The notes beneath the pieces are model-generated. The model worked only from the letters and a program-made list of their open reading frames with translations. It searched no databases and was not told the origin of the DNA. The translations under genes were made by a program, and so were the position numbers. Positions 48,210 to 62,115 of a stretch of DNA of 64,000 nt are shown in pieces. Origin of the DNA: Mobula birostris (Eukaryota); NCBI RefSeq assembly GCF_030028105.1, contig NC_092388.1:15929684-15993683 (forward strand), given 5' to 3'. How positions within the stretch are numbered: the first letter of the stretch is position 1; every line of letters starts with the position of its first letter.

Positions 48210-48780
48210 TGGACTATCATTGAGAGCATCCTGACAAGTTGCATCTCCATCTGGTATGGGAGCAGTTGAGCATTGGACCGGAAGTCCCGACAGAGGACTG
48301 TGAGAATGGCTGAGAGGATCATTGGAGTCTCCCTACCATCCATCGGAGATACTTATCAGGAGCACTGTGTATGCAGGGCCCATAGTATTATTAAGGATCC
48401 CACCCATCTATCCAGCATCCTCTGTGGCAGGAGGAGACTACAATGCATAAAAACAAGAACTGTCAGGATGAGAAACTGTTTCTATCCCCAGGCCATTAGG
48501 CATCTGAACTCCCTGCCGCATAGTATTCAAAGTGTCACTGGTTAATCTGTTCCGTAGCTTGCAATATTTAATATTAATGCACTTTAATTTGTTATTTATG
48601 AGTGATTCATCTGTACATTTTATCCTTACCTTCATAACTTATCATGTGTTACGTGTGCTACTGTTCTTTACATCCTGGTTAAGAGAAATGTTGTCACGTT
48701 TCTATGTTCATTATATGTTCATATATGTTCTATACATGTATATAGTTAAATGACAATAAATTTGACCTGATCTGAGTTGC
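48210..48780 (+). mobile_element. Rex1/Babar LINE 3' end (with an opposite-strand Rex1 remnant at ~47735-48140)
   Basis: ESILTSCISIWYG..QRTVRMAERIIGVSLPSI frames; acaataaa tail. Confidence 0.8.
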
Positions 48781-48845
48781 ATTGGTTTAAAGGAGAGCGA
48801 TGGATAATTAGCAATAACTGACTGATCTTTAAAAATCCTGCCATG

Positions 48846-49668
48846 TTGAATTGAATTGACTTTATATCTTATATCCTTCACATACATGAGGAGTAAAAAT
48901 CTTTATGTTATGTCTCCATCTAAATGTACAATCATAATAATTTATAATAAATACCACAGTCAATGTAACATAAAATACACTCAAATCAGTGTGAGTTCAT
49001 CAGTCTGATGGTCTGGTGGAAGAAGCTGTCCTGGAGCCTGTATGTCCTGGCTTTTATGCTGCGGTACATATTCTCGGATGGTAGCAGCTGGAATAGATTG
49101 TGGTTGGGGTGACTCGGGTATCTAATGATCCTATGGGCCCTTTTTACATACCTGTCTTTGTAAGTGTCCTGAATCATGGGGAGTTGACAACTACAGATGT
49201 GCTGGGCCGTCCGCACCACTCTCTGCAGAGTCCTGCGATTGAGGGAAGTTCAGTTCCCATACCAGGCAGTAATGCAGCCAGTCAGGATGCTCTCAATCGT
49301 GTCCCTGTAGAAAGTTCTTAGGATTTAGGGGCCCGTATCAAACTTCCTCAACTGTCTGAGGTGAAAGAGGTGCCGTTGTGCCTTTTTCACCACACAGCTG
49401 GTGTGTATAGACCATGTGAGGTCCTCGGTGATGTGGGTGCCGAGGAGCTTAAAGTTGTTTACCCTCTCAACTCCAGATCCATTGATGTCAATAGGGGTTT
49501 ACCCATCTCCATTCCTCCTGTAATCCACAACCAGCTCCTTTGTTTCTGCGGGATTGAGGGAGAGGTTGTTTTCTTGATACCACTGTGTCAGAGAGATGAC
49601 TTCTTCCCTGTAGGCCACCTCGTTATTGTTTGAGATAAGGCCAATCAACGTAGTGTCGTCAGCAAACT
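48846..49668 (-). mobile_element. Rex1/Babar LINE 3' half
   Basis: FADDTTLIGLISNNNEVAYREEV..NNLSLN..TKELVVDYR; (ttgaa)n tail; same subfamily as 23808-24706. Confidence 0.9.
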
Positions 49669-50214
49669 GTTTGCCCCAGTGGAAAAGCAACTGAAAAATT
49701 GTTGGACTGACATCACTGTCACATTAAGTAGCACAGATGTCAGCTGGTTTTGCAATGGATGCTCGCCTTTCTTTTCAGAGTTGGAGTTCTCAGGTGATGT
49801 GCTTAACTCTGATAAAAAAAAAAACACTAACGGAAACTGCAATTTATCTTTTCTGCACTGAGAACTGTGAGCTTCCTACTGACTGAAAAAGTTATTTCAA
49901 ACTTACTTCAGGTCACCTCAATGACCCCCCCCCCCCACCCCCCCGCCAAATGCTTGGAAAAGTTATCCATGATAAGATCACAGTACTGCTCATGATGAGT
50001 CCTACCCATATTAACCTTAACCATTACAAATCCCATCCTTGACTACTCTGAGTGATGGAGTCATACAATCAGACTGCAAGGAAACAGGCCATTGTGTCCA
50101 TGGCAACCATCAAACACTGTACCTCAAACAAATGTGACAACATTAATCTGATATATCAAGTAATCATTATTCAGACTAATATAAAAAGAAAATAAAAATT
50201 CAGTGGCCACTTTA

Positions 50215-53200
50215 CTCCGGCGGTCCAATCAGTGGCGGGAGCAGTGCACAGCAAGAAGGGTTCTCGCAGGTCGGTTACGCACATTTAAGAGGAGAGCTTC
50301 GTGGGTGTTCAGTGTCACTCTGGTTGCCCAATCAGCGGCGGGAACAGCGCACAGCAAGGTTTCTCGCAGGTCGGTGACGCTCATTTGAAAGGAGAACTTT
50401 GCGGGCATTCGCCGTCATTCCGGCAGCCCAATCAGTGGCGGGAACAGTGCAGAGAGGAGTAAGTAAAAGTGCAGAAGGGACAAGTGGAGTGACCATTGTT
50501 TGGAGTGAGCCAGTGGTGAGAGTTGGAGTGTCAAGCTTTGGCTCAAAAGAAGAGGCATTGGATCTGGATCAGTTTCTGTTAAGCTTCCCTTCTTTCTTAC
50601 TCTGTCAGCCAGGGATACTTAGTGTAGTTTAAATGGCCAGAGTCTTCCAGGGAACTACATCTGCATGGTGAATCCAACTGCAGCTCCTTGAAGACCGTGT
50701 TAGGGATCTGGAGCAGCAGCTGGATGACTTTCAGCTTGTACGGGAGAATGAGGAGATCATCGATCAGAACTACAGGGAAGTAGTCACGCTTAAGTTGCAG
50801 GAAGCGGATAGTTGGGTGCCTGTCAGGAGAAGAAATGAGAAGGTGAATAGGCAGTTAGCACAGAACACCCCTGTAATAATAAGTATAATAAATATACTTT
50901 TTTGGATACTGTTGTGGAGGATGACCACCCAGGAGAATGGCATGTAGACCAGGTTACTGGCATTGAGTATGGATCCGTGGTGCAGAAGGGAAAGAGGGAG
51001 ATGAAGGGAGCGGTAGTGACTGGGGACTCAATAGTCAAAGGAAGACAGGAGGTTCTCTGGACATGAACTGGACACTTGAATGGTATGTTGTCTCTCAGGG
51101 TCAGGTACGTCTCAGATTTCATCCACATCATTTTGGAGGGGGAGGGAGAGCAGCCAGATGTCTTGGTACATATCGGTACCAATGACATAGGAAGGAAAAG
51201 CAAAGAGGTTCTGAAGAGGGAATTTAGAGAGCAAGACAGAAAGCTGAGAAGCAGGACCTACAGGGTAGCAATTTCATGATTGCTGCCTGTGTCATGCACT
51301 AGTGAGAGTAGAAACAAGATGACTTGGCAGATAAATATGTGGCTGAGAAGCTGGTGCAAGTTCTTGGATCATTGGGATCTCTTCTGGGGAAGGTATGACT
51401 TGTACAAAAGGTGGATGGGTTGCACCTCACCCCAGGGGGGAGCAATATTCTCATGGGCAGGTTTGTTAGAGCTGTTGAGGAGGGTTTAAACTAATTTGAC
51501 AGGAGGATGGGAATTGGAGTGAAGGGACTCAGGATAGAATGGATGGTAAAAAACAAAGATAGCAAGCAGTCAGACTGTTAGGAAGGGCAGGCAGATGACA
51601 GGACAAAATAGCAGCCAACATGTTGAATATCAGTGCATTATGGATGCAGAATCAAAAAGAGTAGCAAATACGGTACTCAACATGTTATGTCTCAATGCAC
51701 GGAGTATAAGAAATAAGATACATGATCTTGTTGCACTTCTACAGATTATAGGGTATGAGGTTGAGGCCATCACTGAATCGTGGCTGAACAATGGTCGTAG
51801 ATGGGACCTGAATGTCCAGGGTTACACCTTGTATCAGAGGGATGGGAAGGTCAGCAGGGGAGTGGCGTGACTCTGCTGTTAAAGAATGGCCTTAAATCAG
51901 TAGAAAGATGTGACATAGGATCAGGAGATGTTGAATCCTTGTGGGTTGAATTAAGAAACTGCAAGGGTAAAAGCACCTTGATAGCAGCTATGTACTGGCC
52001 TCCCAACAGTAGCTGAGATATAGACCACAGATTGCAACAGGAAGTAGAAAAGGCATGTCAAAAGGACAATGTTATGGTAATCATGGGAGATTTCACCATG
52101 CAGGACAATTGGGAAAATCAAGTTGGTAATGGATCCCATAAGAGTGAATTTGTTGAATGGTTGCGAGTTGGCTTTTTAGAGTGGTTTGTCATTGAGCCTA
52201 TTATGTAATGAACTGTAGGTGATTAGGGAGCTTAAGGTAAAGGAACCCTTAGGAGACAGTGATCACAATATGATTGAGTTTAACTTGAAATTTGATAGGG
52301 AGAAAGTAAAGACTGGCATAGCAGTGGAGTAAAAGAAATCACAGTGGTATGAGAGAGGAGCTGGCCAAAGAAAATTGGAAGAAGATGCTAGCAGGGATTA
52401 CAGCAGAGCAGCAATGGCTTGAGTTTCTGGGAAAAATGAGGAAGCTGCAGGATAGATGTATTCCAAAAACAAAGAAATACTCAAATGGCAAAATAGTACA
52501 ACCATGGCTGACAAGGGAAGTCAAAGCTAATGTAAAAGCAAAATAGAGGGCATACAGCAAAGCAAAAATTATTGGGAAGGTAGAGATTTGAGAAGCATTT
52601 AAAAACCTACAGAAAGCAACTAAAAGAATCATTAGGGGGGAAAAGATGAAATATGAAAGCAAGCTAGCAAGCAATTTCAAGGTGGATAGAAAAAGCTTTT
52701 TCAACTATATAAAAAAAAGAGAGAAGAATGTGGATATAGGACTGCAAGAAAATAAGGCCAGAAAAATAATAATGGAGGGCAAGGAGATGGAAGATAAATA
52801 GATACATAGAGAGATGCTTTATTGATCCCAAAGGAAATTACTGTGTCACTGTAGTATTACAAGTGCACATATATTCAAATATACAAATATCAGAAGAGAA
52901 GTAAGAAAGAATAAAAAATGTTACCTCAAACAGTCTAACAACAGGAGGGGGTCATCACTTCCCCAGCTATAGGTTGACTCATTCTAGAGCCTAATGGCTG
53001 AGGGTAAGAATGACCTCATATAGCACTCTGTGGAGCAGCACATTTGTCTTAGTCTATCACTAAAAGTACTCCTTCTGATGGTTCGATTGCCAAGTTTGCA
53101 GATGATATGAAGATTGGTGGAGGGGCAGGTAGTGTTGAGGAAACAGGAAAGTTGCAGGAGGACTTAGACAGATTAGGAGAATGGGCAAGAAAGTGGCAAA

Positions 53201-53460
53201 TGAAATACAATGTTGGAAAATGCATGGTCATGCACAGAAGGAATAAATGTGCAGACTATTTTCTAAATGGGGGGAGGAAGTCCAAAAATATGAGATGCAA
53301 AGGAACTTGGAGGTCCTCATACAGAACACCCTAAAGGTTAACTTGCAGGATGAGTCGGTGGTGAGGAAGGCATGTGAAATATTAGCATTTATTTCAGGAG
53401 GTCTAATATATAAGAGCAGAAATGTGATGCTGAGGCTTTATACGGCACTGGTGAGGCTTA
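50215..53460 (+). mobile_element. CR1 LINE 5' portion: tandem-repeat leader, ORF1 (SGNH esterase-like), ORF2 endonuclease, then an RT piece after a Rex-like tail insertion (~52800-53075, -)
   Basis: ORF1 motifs VVTGDSIV and VLVHIGTNDIG; APE motifs LNARSIRNK, ITESWL, MGDF, SDHN; KFADDMKIGG..LQEDLDRLGEWARKWQMKYNVGKC; many stops and frameshifts. Confidence 0.9.
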
Positions 53461-54224
53461 TTTTCTGCAGTTCTTCCTCTTATTTGCTGTTTGAAGAACA
53501 TCAGTGCCAGACCCGCCAGTTTCTCCACAAAATTGCATCCTTAGCAAACTCCTTGTAAAATCTTTTGTCTATCCTCTGCGGAGCGATCACACCTTCTTGT
53601 GATGTGGTGACCATTAACATTTGAAAAGCATTAGCTATTGCCTTACTTATTCCATCATAATCCTTCTGCTTTTATATTCTGTGTCTTGGCCAGCAAAATG
53701 TCCCCAATGTCTTCTTAATCATCATATCCACCTGGTCTACAACATTCAGGGTTTCAGGACGTCGATTTACACATCTCTCTCTGTTCCTCGTTGCTTCATT
53801 CCCTGATTTATTTTGTATTTCCTTGCTTTGTTCACCCTCCCCAATAATTTTACTTCACACTTCTCAGTCTGAATACCTTTTCCTGCCTCCCTCTCCTGAG
53901 AATCAGGAAGAATATCTTTCCTGCACTCTGAAGTTTTCTTCCTGACCATCAATCACTCGCAAACATTTATATCAAATAAACTTTTCCTCAAGATGCCCAC
54001 CCTCTAAATATTTAAGTTGATATCTACTGGACAATGCAAGGGTTCTGCAGAATTCTAGAGCAAGCAAGCTTATAGGCACTAAAATATCCATTGACATCCT
54101 GTGTTCTGTGGTACCGAATGCATTTTGGATCCAACTTGTCATCTTTTTCTTAGATCTCAAGAACATTTACTCATTTGATCATTCTGTCATATTCCTTTAT
54201 TGGGCGTTGTCCAAACACGTCTTC

Positions 54225-54390
54225 CAGATACGTTGTCCAAACAGATGGCAGGATATCATGCAACTAGCTGATCATTACAACATGCGTGAATTTCTGAGTG
54301 CTGCCAAGAAATTGTGCAAACCGGTCACCAAAGGCTCACTCTGCTGAGGGCTAAGAGTGCACTCTGCTGAGAGGAGAGGGAAACAGTTAG
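54225..54390 (+). mobile_element. Old RTE-clade LINE fragment
   Basis: QDIMQLADHYNMREFLSAAKK resembles the RTE 'EIQ-AD--D-R-FF-A-K' segment. Confidence 0.45.
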
Positions 54391-54404
54391 AAGATAACGT
54401 AGAT

Positions 54405-56542
54405 CAGGGGTTGGCAACCTATGGCCCGTGGGCCAGATCTGGCCCGCGAGCGAATATTGGGATACTATGCTCATCCGGCCTGTGAGCGATTTTTCCTTAT
54501 CCTGAGTGTTTCATGCGACCACACTGATGGACATGCATGGCGTCTTGTTACACTGGCCCCAGGTTCCGTTTTGTTCCAAACCAAACACTGGTATATACAA
54601 ATGATGGGAAGGCAGACTACCCTATTAATATGCATTAGATACTCTCCGTGCACGGGCAGGTTTTCAGATGGGATCGTTCATATTTGTAAACAGAAACAGC
54701 GTCACTGTGTTTTAACAAGAAACCCACGCTAAATATCCAGATATTTACATGTGGTATGACACTTGTTGAATAACTCGCGTTTCGAAATAAAATCGAAGAA
54801 AAAAATTCCAATGGCAATAAATACAAAATGCAGGAAGGTAGACACTGAGTCCCGAAATTTACAAGACACTTGGACACTCGATTACTTCTTCATCGAGCAA
54901 GCTGGGAAACTAGTTTGTCTCATTTGCCTGGAAAATGTTGCTGTGAAGAAGGTGGCAAATATCAGACGATATTATGAGACCCGCCATAGTGGAAATTTTA
55001 ACACGTTTACTGGGTGAGCAAGGAAAGATGAAGTTGAGCGAATGAAGGCTAGTTTCAGAAAACAAACAGCATTTTTTGCCAAGAAAAGCAGTGAAAATGA
55101 AGGAAATATCCATGCCAGCTACGAAGTCTCAAAATGTATTGTCTCAAAAAGTGGACACTGCATCAGAAATTTTTCAAATGAAATTGATTGAGATGCAGTG
55201 TGACAACATATTGAGATCAAAATTTCATTCTGAAGATGTGTCAGTGCTTGACTTCTATAGAAAATATATTCATCCAAGTGGGAAGTATGCTTACTTAGTG
55301 GACCATGCAAAAAAGATGGCATCATTGTTTGGCAGCACTTATCTGTGTGAGTAATTATTTTCAAAACTGAAGCACACCAAGAACCACTTGAGAACAAGAT
55401 TGACTGATGCCCATCTGGATAATGTCTTACTCGTGGCATCAACTTGTCTGACACCCAATATTGAGAAGCTTTTAAGCAACAAACAGCATCAAGTTTCATA
55501 TTGATTTATCAACTGTTTGCATTGAAATTTTAGATTTTTAGATTTAGATTATGAGAACACTCAGTCCTCTTTTATTGTCATTTAGAAATGCATACATGCA
55601 TTAAGAAATGATACAATGTTTCTCCGGAGTAATATCACAGAAAACAAGACAGACCAAAGACTAACACTGACAAAACCACATAATTATAACATATAGTTAC
55701 AGCAGTGCAAAGCAATACCATAATTTGATGAAGAACAGTCCATAGGCAAGTAACAATATATTCTCAAAGTCCCGAGTCGATCAACTCCCAAGTCCCCAAT
55801 TGCGGCGGCAAAAGGGAGAAACTCCCTGCCATAAACCTCCAGGCACTGTCAACTTGTCGATGCTTTGGAAGCAGCCGACCACAGCCGACCCTGAGTCCAT
55901 CCGTCCGAAAACTCCGAGCTTCTGAGCAGCCTCTCCGATATAGCCTCCCGAGCGTCATCCTCTGCCGAGCGCCTTCGACCTTTCCCCGGCCGCTGTAACA
56001 CGCAAAGCCGAGGATTTCGGAGCCTTTAGCTCCAGAGATTCTGGTTACCACACAGTAACAGGCATTTCAGACGTTTTCCAGATGTTCCGCTGTGCACTCA
56101 CATCTGTCTCCATCAAATCAGGATTGTGCACGGTTTTCTAATTGACAGATAACAGATATCATCACCAAAGTGGCCACTCGCGCTGCTGTCGCATCGCCAT
56201 CTTCTCCTCAGGTTTTTATTATACTTAATTTACCATCATTCAATGCATTATGTTCATACGTTTTATTTTAAAGATTCTTTGTGTCCTTTAATAGATTCAA
56301 AAGATGCCTTGATTGAAATAAATTGCAACTAAACTGAGTTCTTTGATTACTAATTGGCATGCTTGGTTAAGCATAAATAATTTTCTAGCATGCGTTATCC
56401 ATTAATTTGATGCAAACCAGAACTAGATGTATTTAAATGAATAATTCCCATATTTCAAGTTTTTTATGTCATTTATCTGGCCCACCGTCTGCTCCTTAAT
56501 ACATGATCCGGCTCACAGAGGCAAAAGGGTTGCCGACCCCTG
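54405..56542 (+). mobile_element. Internally deleted hAT transposon (Charlie/SPIN, GTF2IRD2-like transposase remnants)
   Basis: TIRs caggggttggcaacc / ggttgccgacccctg; 8-bp TSD acgtagat/acctagac (6/8); zinc-finger-like CLICLENVAVKKVANIRRYYETRH; dimerisation-like SLFGSTYLCE..FSKLK..R.RLTD. Confidence 0.9.
55528..56209 (-). mobile_element. Non-coding retroposed element inserted in hAT
   Basis: Minus-strand start gagaagatggcg; CpG-rich middle; aatgacaataaa and (tctaaa)n tail. Confidence 0.6.
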
Positions 56543-56549
56543 ACCTAGA

Positions 56550-57270
56550 CAGTTGTCTAAATGGGGAGACAATTCAGAAATAAGAGGTGCAGAGGGGACT
56601 TGGGTGTCCTCATGCAGGATTCCCTAAAGGTTGAGTTGGTGGTGAGGAAGACAAATACAATGCTAGTGATTATTGTGAGAGGACTAGAATACAAGAGCAA
56701 GGATGTAATACTGAGACTTTATAGGCATTGGTCAGATTGCACTTGGAGTATAGTGAGCAGCTTTGGGCCCCTTATCTAAGAAAAGATGTGCAGGCTTTGG
56801 TGAGGATCCAGAGGAGGTTGATAAGAATGATCCTGGGAATGAAAGGGTTAACGTATGGGGAGCATTTAATTGCTCTTGTCCTGTACTCACTTGAGTTTAG
56901 AAGAATGAGGGGAGGTCTCATTGAAACCTATGAAATACTGAAAGGTTTAGTTTGAGCGGATGTGGAGAGAATGTATCTTAGGGTGGCGAAGTCCAGGACC
57001 GGAGAGCACAGCCTCAGAATAGAAGAATGTCCTTTTAGAACAGAAATCAAGAAGAATTGCTTTAGTCAGAGGGTGGGGAATTTGTGGAATTCATTGCCTC
57101 GGACAGCTGTGGTGGCCAAGTCATTGGGTATATTTAAAGCAGTGGTTGATAGGTTCCCGATTGGGTAGGTCATCAAAGATTGGGAGAAGGCAGGAGGATG
57201 AGGTTAAGAGGGATAATAAATCAGCCATGATAAAATGGCGGAGTAGACCCAATGGGCCAAATAACCTAAT
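56550..57270 (+). mobile_element. CR1 LINE 3' end
   Basis: RGLEYKSKDVILRLY; VRLHLEYSEQLWAPYLRKD; FSQRVGNLWNSLP. Confidence 0.9.
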
Positions 57271-57271
57271 T

Positions 57272-59975
57272 TGAAAGTTCAAAGTAAAATTTGTTATCAG
57301 GGTCACCTCCGAGATTCTTTTTTCTGTGGGCATACTTAGCAATTTATAGAACAGAAACTGTAAGCATCAGGAACTGTTAATGGTAAACTATACAAATACG
57401 GATATAAATAAATAATGTACATGAAATAACAATATAACAGCGTCCTTAAATGAATATAGCTATACCCTTTTGTTCAAAAGCCTGATGTTTGAGGGGTGGT
57501 AACTGTTTGTGAACCTGATGGTGCGAGTCCTGAGACAGCTGCTGTACCTTCTACCTGAGGGCAGCAGCAAGAAAAGAGCATGGTCTGGGTGGTGGGGATC
57601 TCTGATGATGGATGCTGCTTTTCTACGGCAATGTTTCACGTAGCCGTGCTCAATGGTTGGGAGGGTTTTACCCTCCGTGATTTACTGACACAAATCTACT
57701 ACCTTTTGTAGGATTTTCCATTCAAAGGCATTGGTGTTCCCATACCAGGCTGTAATGCAGCCAGTCAGCACACTTTCCACCACACATCTATAGAAGTTTG
57801 CCAAGATTTTCAATGATATGCCAAACCTCCACAGGCTCCTGAGGAAGTAGAGTCACTGTCATGCCTTCTTCGAAATAATATTAACATGATGGGTCCAGGA
57901 CAGGTCCTCCGAGATAGTGACACCCAGGAATTTAAAGTTACTGACCTCTGAAAATCTGAAGATTACTGGCTCATGGACCTCCGGTTTCCCTTTCTTGAAG
58001 TCTACAACCAGTCCCTTGGTCTAATTGACATTGAGTGAGAGGTTGTTGTTATTACACCACTCAGCCAAGTTTTTGATCCCTCTCCTGTATGTTGATTCAT
58101 GACCCACTTTGATACAGCCCACAACAGCGGTGTCGTCAACATACTTGTATACGCGATGGAGCTGTACTTAGCCACACAGTCACAGGTGTAAAGTGAGTAC
58201 AACAGGGAGCTAAGTACATATCCCTGCAGTGCTCCTGTGCAGATAGAGATTGTGGGGGGGATGCTTTGCCAATCCAAACTGACTGGGGTCTACAAGTGAG
58301 GAAATCCAGAATCCAATTGCACAAGGGGGTATTGAGGCCCAGGTCTTGGAGTTTACTCATTAGTTTTGAGGGGGAGATGGTATTAAATGCTGTGATGTAA
58401 TTGATAAAGTTTATCCTGATGCATTCACCTTTGCTGTCCAGATATTCCAGAGTTGTGTGAAGAGCCATTGAGATAGCATTTGCTGTAGACCTGCTGCTTC
58501 GGTAGGCGAAACAGAGCTGATCCAAGTCGCCATTCAGTCATATGCTTCAACACCAACCTCGCAAAGCACTTCCTCACTGTGGATGTAAGTGACACCTTCA
58601 TTGAGGTGGGTTACTACACTCTTCTTGTGTACAATCAGCACCTACTTGAAGCAAGTGGGTACCACACACTGCTAGAGTGAGAGGTCAAAGGTATCTGTGA
58701 ATACACCATCTGGTCAGCACAGGTCTTCAGTACTCGGCCAGGTACTCTATCCAGACAGGATGCTTTCCTTGGATTCTCTCTCTTGAAGGTAGCCGCATGT
58801 CATCTTCAGATACTGAGACCAATGGATCATCGGGAGACATGGGTGTGCGTGTTGGCTCCTCCTTGTTCTGGTGGTAAAAGCGAGCATAGGAGGGATTCGC
58901 ATCTGGAACTGAAGCTCTGTTGTCCCCCAAATTGCAAGATTTAGCTTTGTAGGAGTCTATGGCATTCAAACCGTGCCACACCTGTCAAGTATCCCTTTTT
59001 GACTCCAGTCTAGTCCAGAATTTCCACTTTGCCCAAGATATAGCTTTCCGGAGATCACGTGCACACCTCCTGTAGCATTCTTGGTCTCCAGACTTGAATG
59101 TCTCTGATCTGGCTCTCAGTGGGTTCTGGATTTCATTGTTCATCCAGGGCTTCTGATTGGGGAAAACCTTGAATGATTTTGTGGGGACACACTCATTCAC
59201 AACTATTTAAATGAAGTCTGTAATGACCCTGGTCCATAGATGAGTACGTCAACCCAGCCCAGCCCACTGACTCAGTGAAGTCCTGTAACCGTTCCTCAGG
59301 CTCCTTTGACAACCTCTTAGTTGGCTTGATCTCTGGATCCTTGCTCTTTAAGCTCTGTCTGTACGCAGGTAGTAGGAGTACAGCCAAATGGGCCGACTTA
59401 CTAAAATACATCTCAGGAAAGAACGATAGGCATTCTTTATCGTAGTGTGGCAGTCATCTAATGTGTTAGGACCTCTGGTGCAACAGGTTACATTCTGGTG
59501 ATAACTGGGCAGGATTTTCTTCAAACAGGCCTGGTTAAATTTACCGACTATAATTTGAAATGTATTCGGATGGGCTGTTTCCTGCTTACAGCCATCATTG
59601 TGCAGTTTTGTGAATGCTTGCTTATAACTGGTTGCTGGAAGTTCATAAACTGCAGTCAACATCACGAGTGAGAACTCCCAAGGCAAATAGAATGGTGTAC
59701 ATTTAATCGATAGTTGTTCTAAGTCAGGGGAACAAGAGGTCTACATAACTCCAATGTCCATGCACCAATGAGAATTGACTAAAAAGCATATGCTGCCAGC
59801 TCTATCCTTATCAGAATTCGAGGTTTGATCCATTCTGAAAATAGTAAAACCTTCTTGTCAGATAGTGGCAGCTGGTGTTTTCGCTGCTAAGTAAGTCTCA
59901 ACGCAATGAACAATTGCGGTCTACCTCATCTGCCTTTGATACCTCAGCCTTGCTCTGAGATCGTCAGTCGTACTT
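57272..59975 (-). mobile_element. Long decayed Rex1/Babar LINE (endonuclease plus RT)
   Basis: IVGKFNQA..TRGPNTLD; FPNQKPWMN; FAYRSSRSTANAI..LCNWILDFL; GALQGYVLSSLLYSLYTCD; (ttgaac)-type tail. Confidence 0.92.
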
Positions 59976-59989
59976 CACTAACAAAATTG

Positions 59990-62115
59990 TAGGCTCCCCG
60001 TGCTATTGCTCATAGAGATTCCAATACTGTTCAGGGTATTAAGAGAGGGGGCAAAGTGCACGAGGTTTCGTTGTATGCAGGTAACCTGTTAGTTTATATT
60101 TCAAATCCTAGGAAATCTATTCCTTCTATGCTATCTGTATTTTCTGAATTCAGTAGTTTTTCTGGACAGAAATTAAGTTTATATAAAAGTCAGTTATTTC
60201 CCATTAATAACTATTCGGATCAATATCATCAAGTGCACTTTAGCGTTGCTAAAAATTACTTTACTTATCTTGGTATTAAAATTGCTAAAAATTTTAAGGA
60301 CCTATATAAATACAATTTTCTCCCATTAATTAATTACACCCAACAAATGCTTTCTAATTAGCCACCTATGACATTATCATTAATAGGTCGAATTAAAATG
60401 ATAGTTCTACCGAAATTCTTATATACACGTTTGTACATTTCAGGCAGTTCCTACCTTTGTTCCTAAAACGTTTTTTGATAGAGTAGATTCTATTTTCTTA
60501 TCTTATATTTGGAGTAATAAAAATCCTAGATTGAGTAAACCTTTATTACAGAAATTAAAAAAGGATGGTGGTATGGCTTTGCCAAATTTTAGAATGTATT
60601 ATTGGGCAATTAATATTCGATATATTACTTTTTGGATTCATTACTCAGACATACGTGAATGTCCTTCATGGTTGGATTTGGAGGAAAACTCGGAGAAGGG
60701 GTTTTCTTTGGCCTCTTTACTGTGAGTTCCTCTTCCCTTTTTGTTTTCTAAGATTAGTAGGCAAGGCTTTAATCCTATTATTAAACATACTTTAAGAATT
60801 TGGTTTCAGTTTTGTAGGTTTTTTGAGTTAAATAATTTTGTTCTTTCTAGTAATATCCATTTTAATTTTTTTTAAACCATCAATTTTGAATAAGACCTTT
60901 TTAATTTGGAAAACCAAGGGAATAACAACTTTTTCAGATTTGTTTTTATGGGACTGTTTAATGTTTTTTTCTCAGTTACTGGATAAATGTGGTTTACCTA
61001 ATGTACATTTCTTTAGATATTTACAAATTAGGAATTTTTTACGTGGTTTGCTGCAAGATTACCCTTCTGCTTATCCACCTAATTTGACAGATGCTCTTTT
61101 TCAGCTTAAACCACTTCAAAAGGAGTTGGTAGCTATAATTTATAAATGGATATTGAATTTACAAATAATATCTAACGACAAAATTAAACGTGCTTGGGAA
61201 TTGGAAGTTCAAGAGTCATTTTCGGATAATCAGTAGAGTAAAATTCTTCATTTGGTTAATAACTCATCTATTTGTGCCCATCATTCCTTGATACAGTTCA
61301 AGGGAGTGCATCGGGCCCATACGTCAAAGGATAAACTAGCACGTATTTTTTCGAACATCAGTCCTATTTGTAACAGATGTAATAGTGAGGTGGCCACTTC
61401 AACTCACATGCTTTGGTCTTGTATAAAGCTAGACAATTTTTGGACAGATGTTTTTAAAACATTATCAAAAGTCTTGGATCTGGACCTACAACCTAATTTA
61501 CTTACGGCAATATTTGGGATTACCCCATCAAAACCAGGAAATATTCCTGTTTCTGCTCAATGTATGATAGCCTTTTCAACCTTATTGGCTAGGAGAGCCA
61601 TTTTACTGAAGTGGAAGGGTTCTAATCCACCTACTGTCTTTTATTGTCTTTCCTCCATTATGTCCTGTTTAAGTTTAGAGAAAATAAGAAGTCGGACGTT
61701 TGATGCATCCTTTAAATTTGAGCAAATCTGGTGACCTTTTATTCAATATTTTCATTTAATTTGATTTATTACTCTTCAAATTTTTTTTGAAGTTTTAGAT
61801 TTGTTCAGAAAGTCTTTCTTTTTTTTGGTCGTATCCTCAGAATGGACTGCCCAGTCCCTTTTGTTCCCTTTTTTTGTACAGCATAGTGGATTTTTTTTTC
61901 TTCATTTAAAATTCAAAGTTTTTTCTTTCCTCTTCATGAACTGATGAGGAGAATTGCTGTTTTCTTTTTTATTATATATTATATACTAGCTTAACACTAT
62001 GTATGATTTTGATAGTGTCTATTTCAATCTCTGTTTGTATTGTTATTGATATATATATATTTGAGATAATTCTCCTCTTGTTTGTATTTACGTTCCTTTT
62101 AAATCAATAAAAAGA
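59990..62115 (+). mobile_element. L1/Tx1-type LINE ORF2 3' half and 3' UTR (decayed)
   Basis: VSLYAGNLLVY (YADD-like), FTYLGIKI, GGMALPNFRMYYWA, CNRC..HMLWSC; aataaa at ~62106. Confidence 0.92.

Noticed and set aside
54763-55500. Host GTF2IRD2/ZBED-like domesticated gene
   Set aside because: It lies between hAT TIRs with a TSD, has stops and frameshifts, and lacks the catalytic core.
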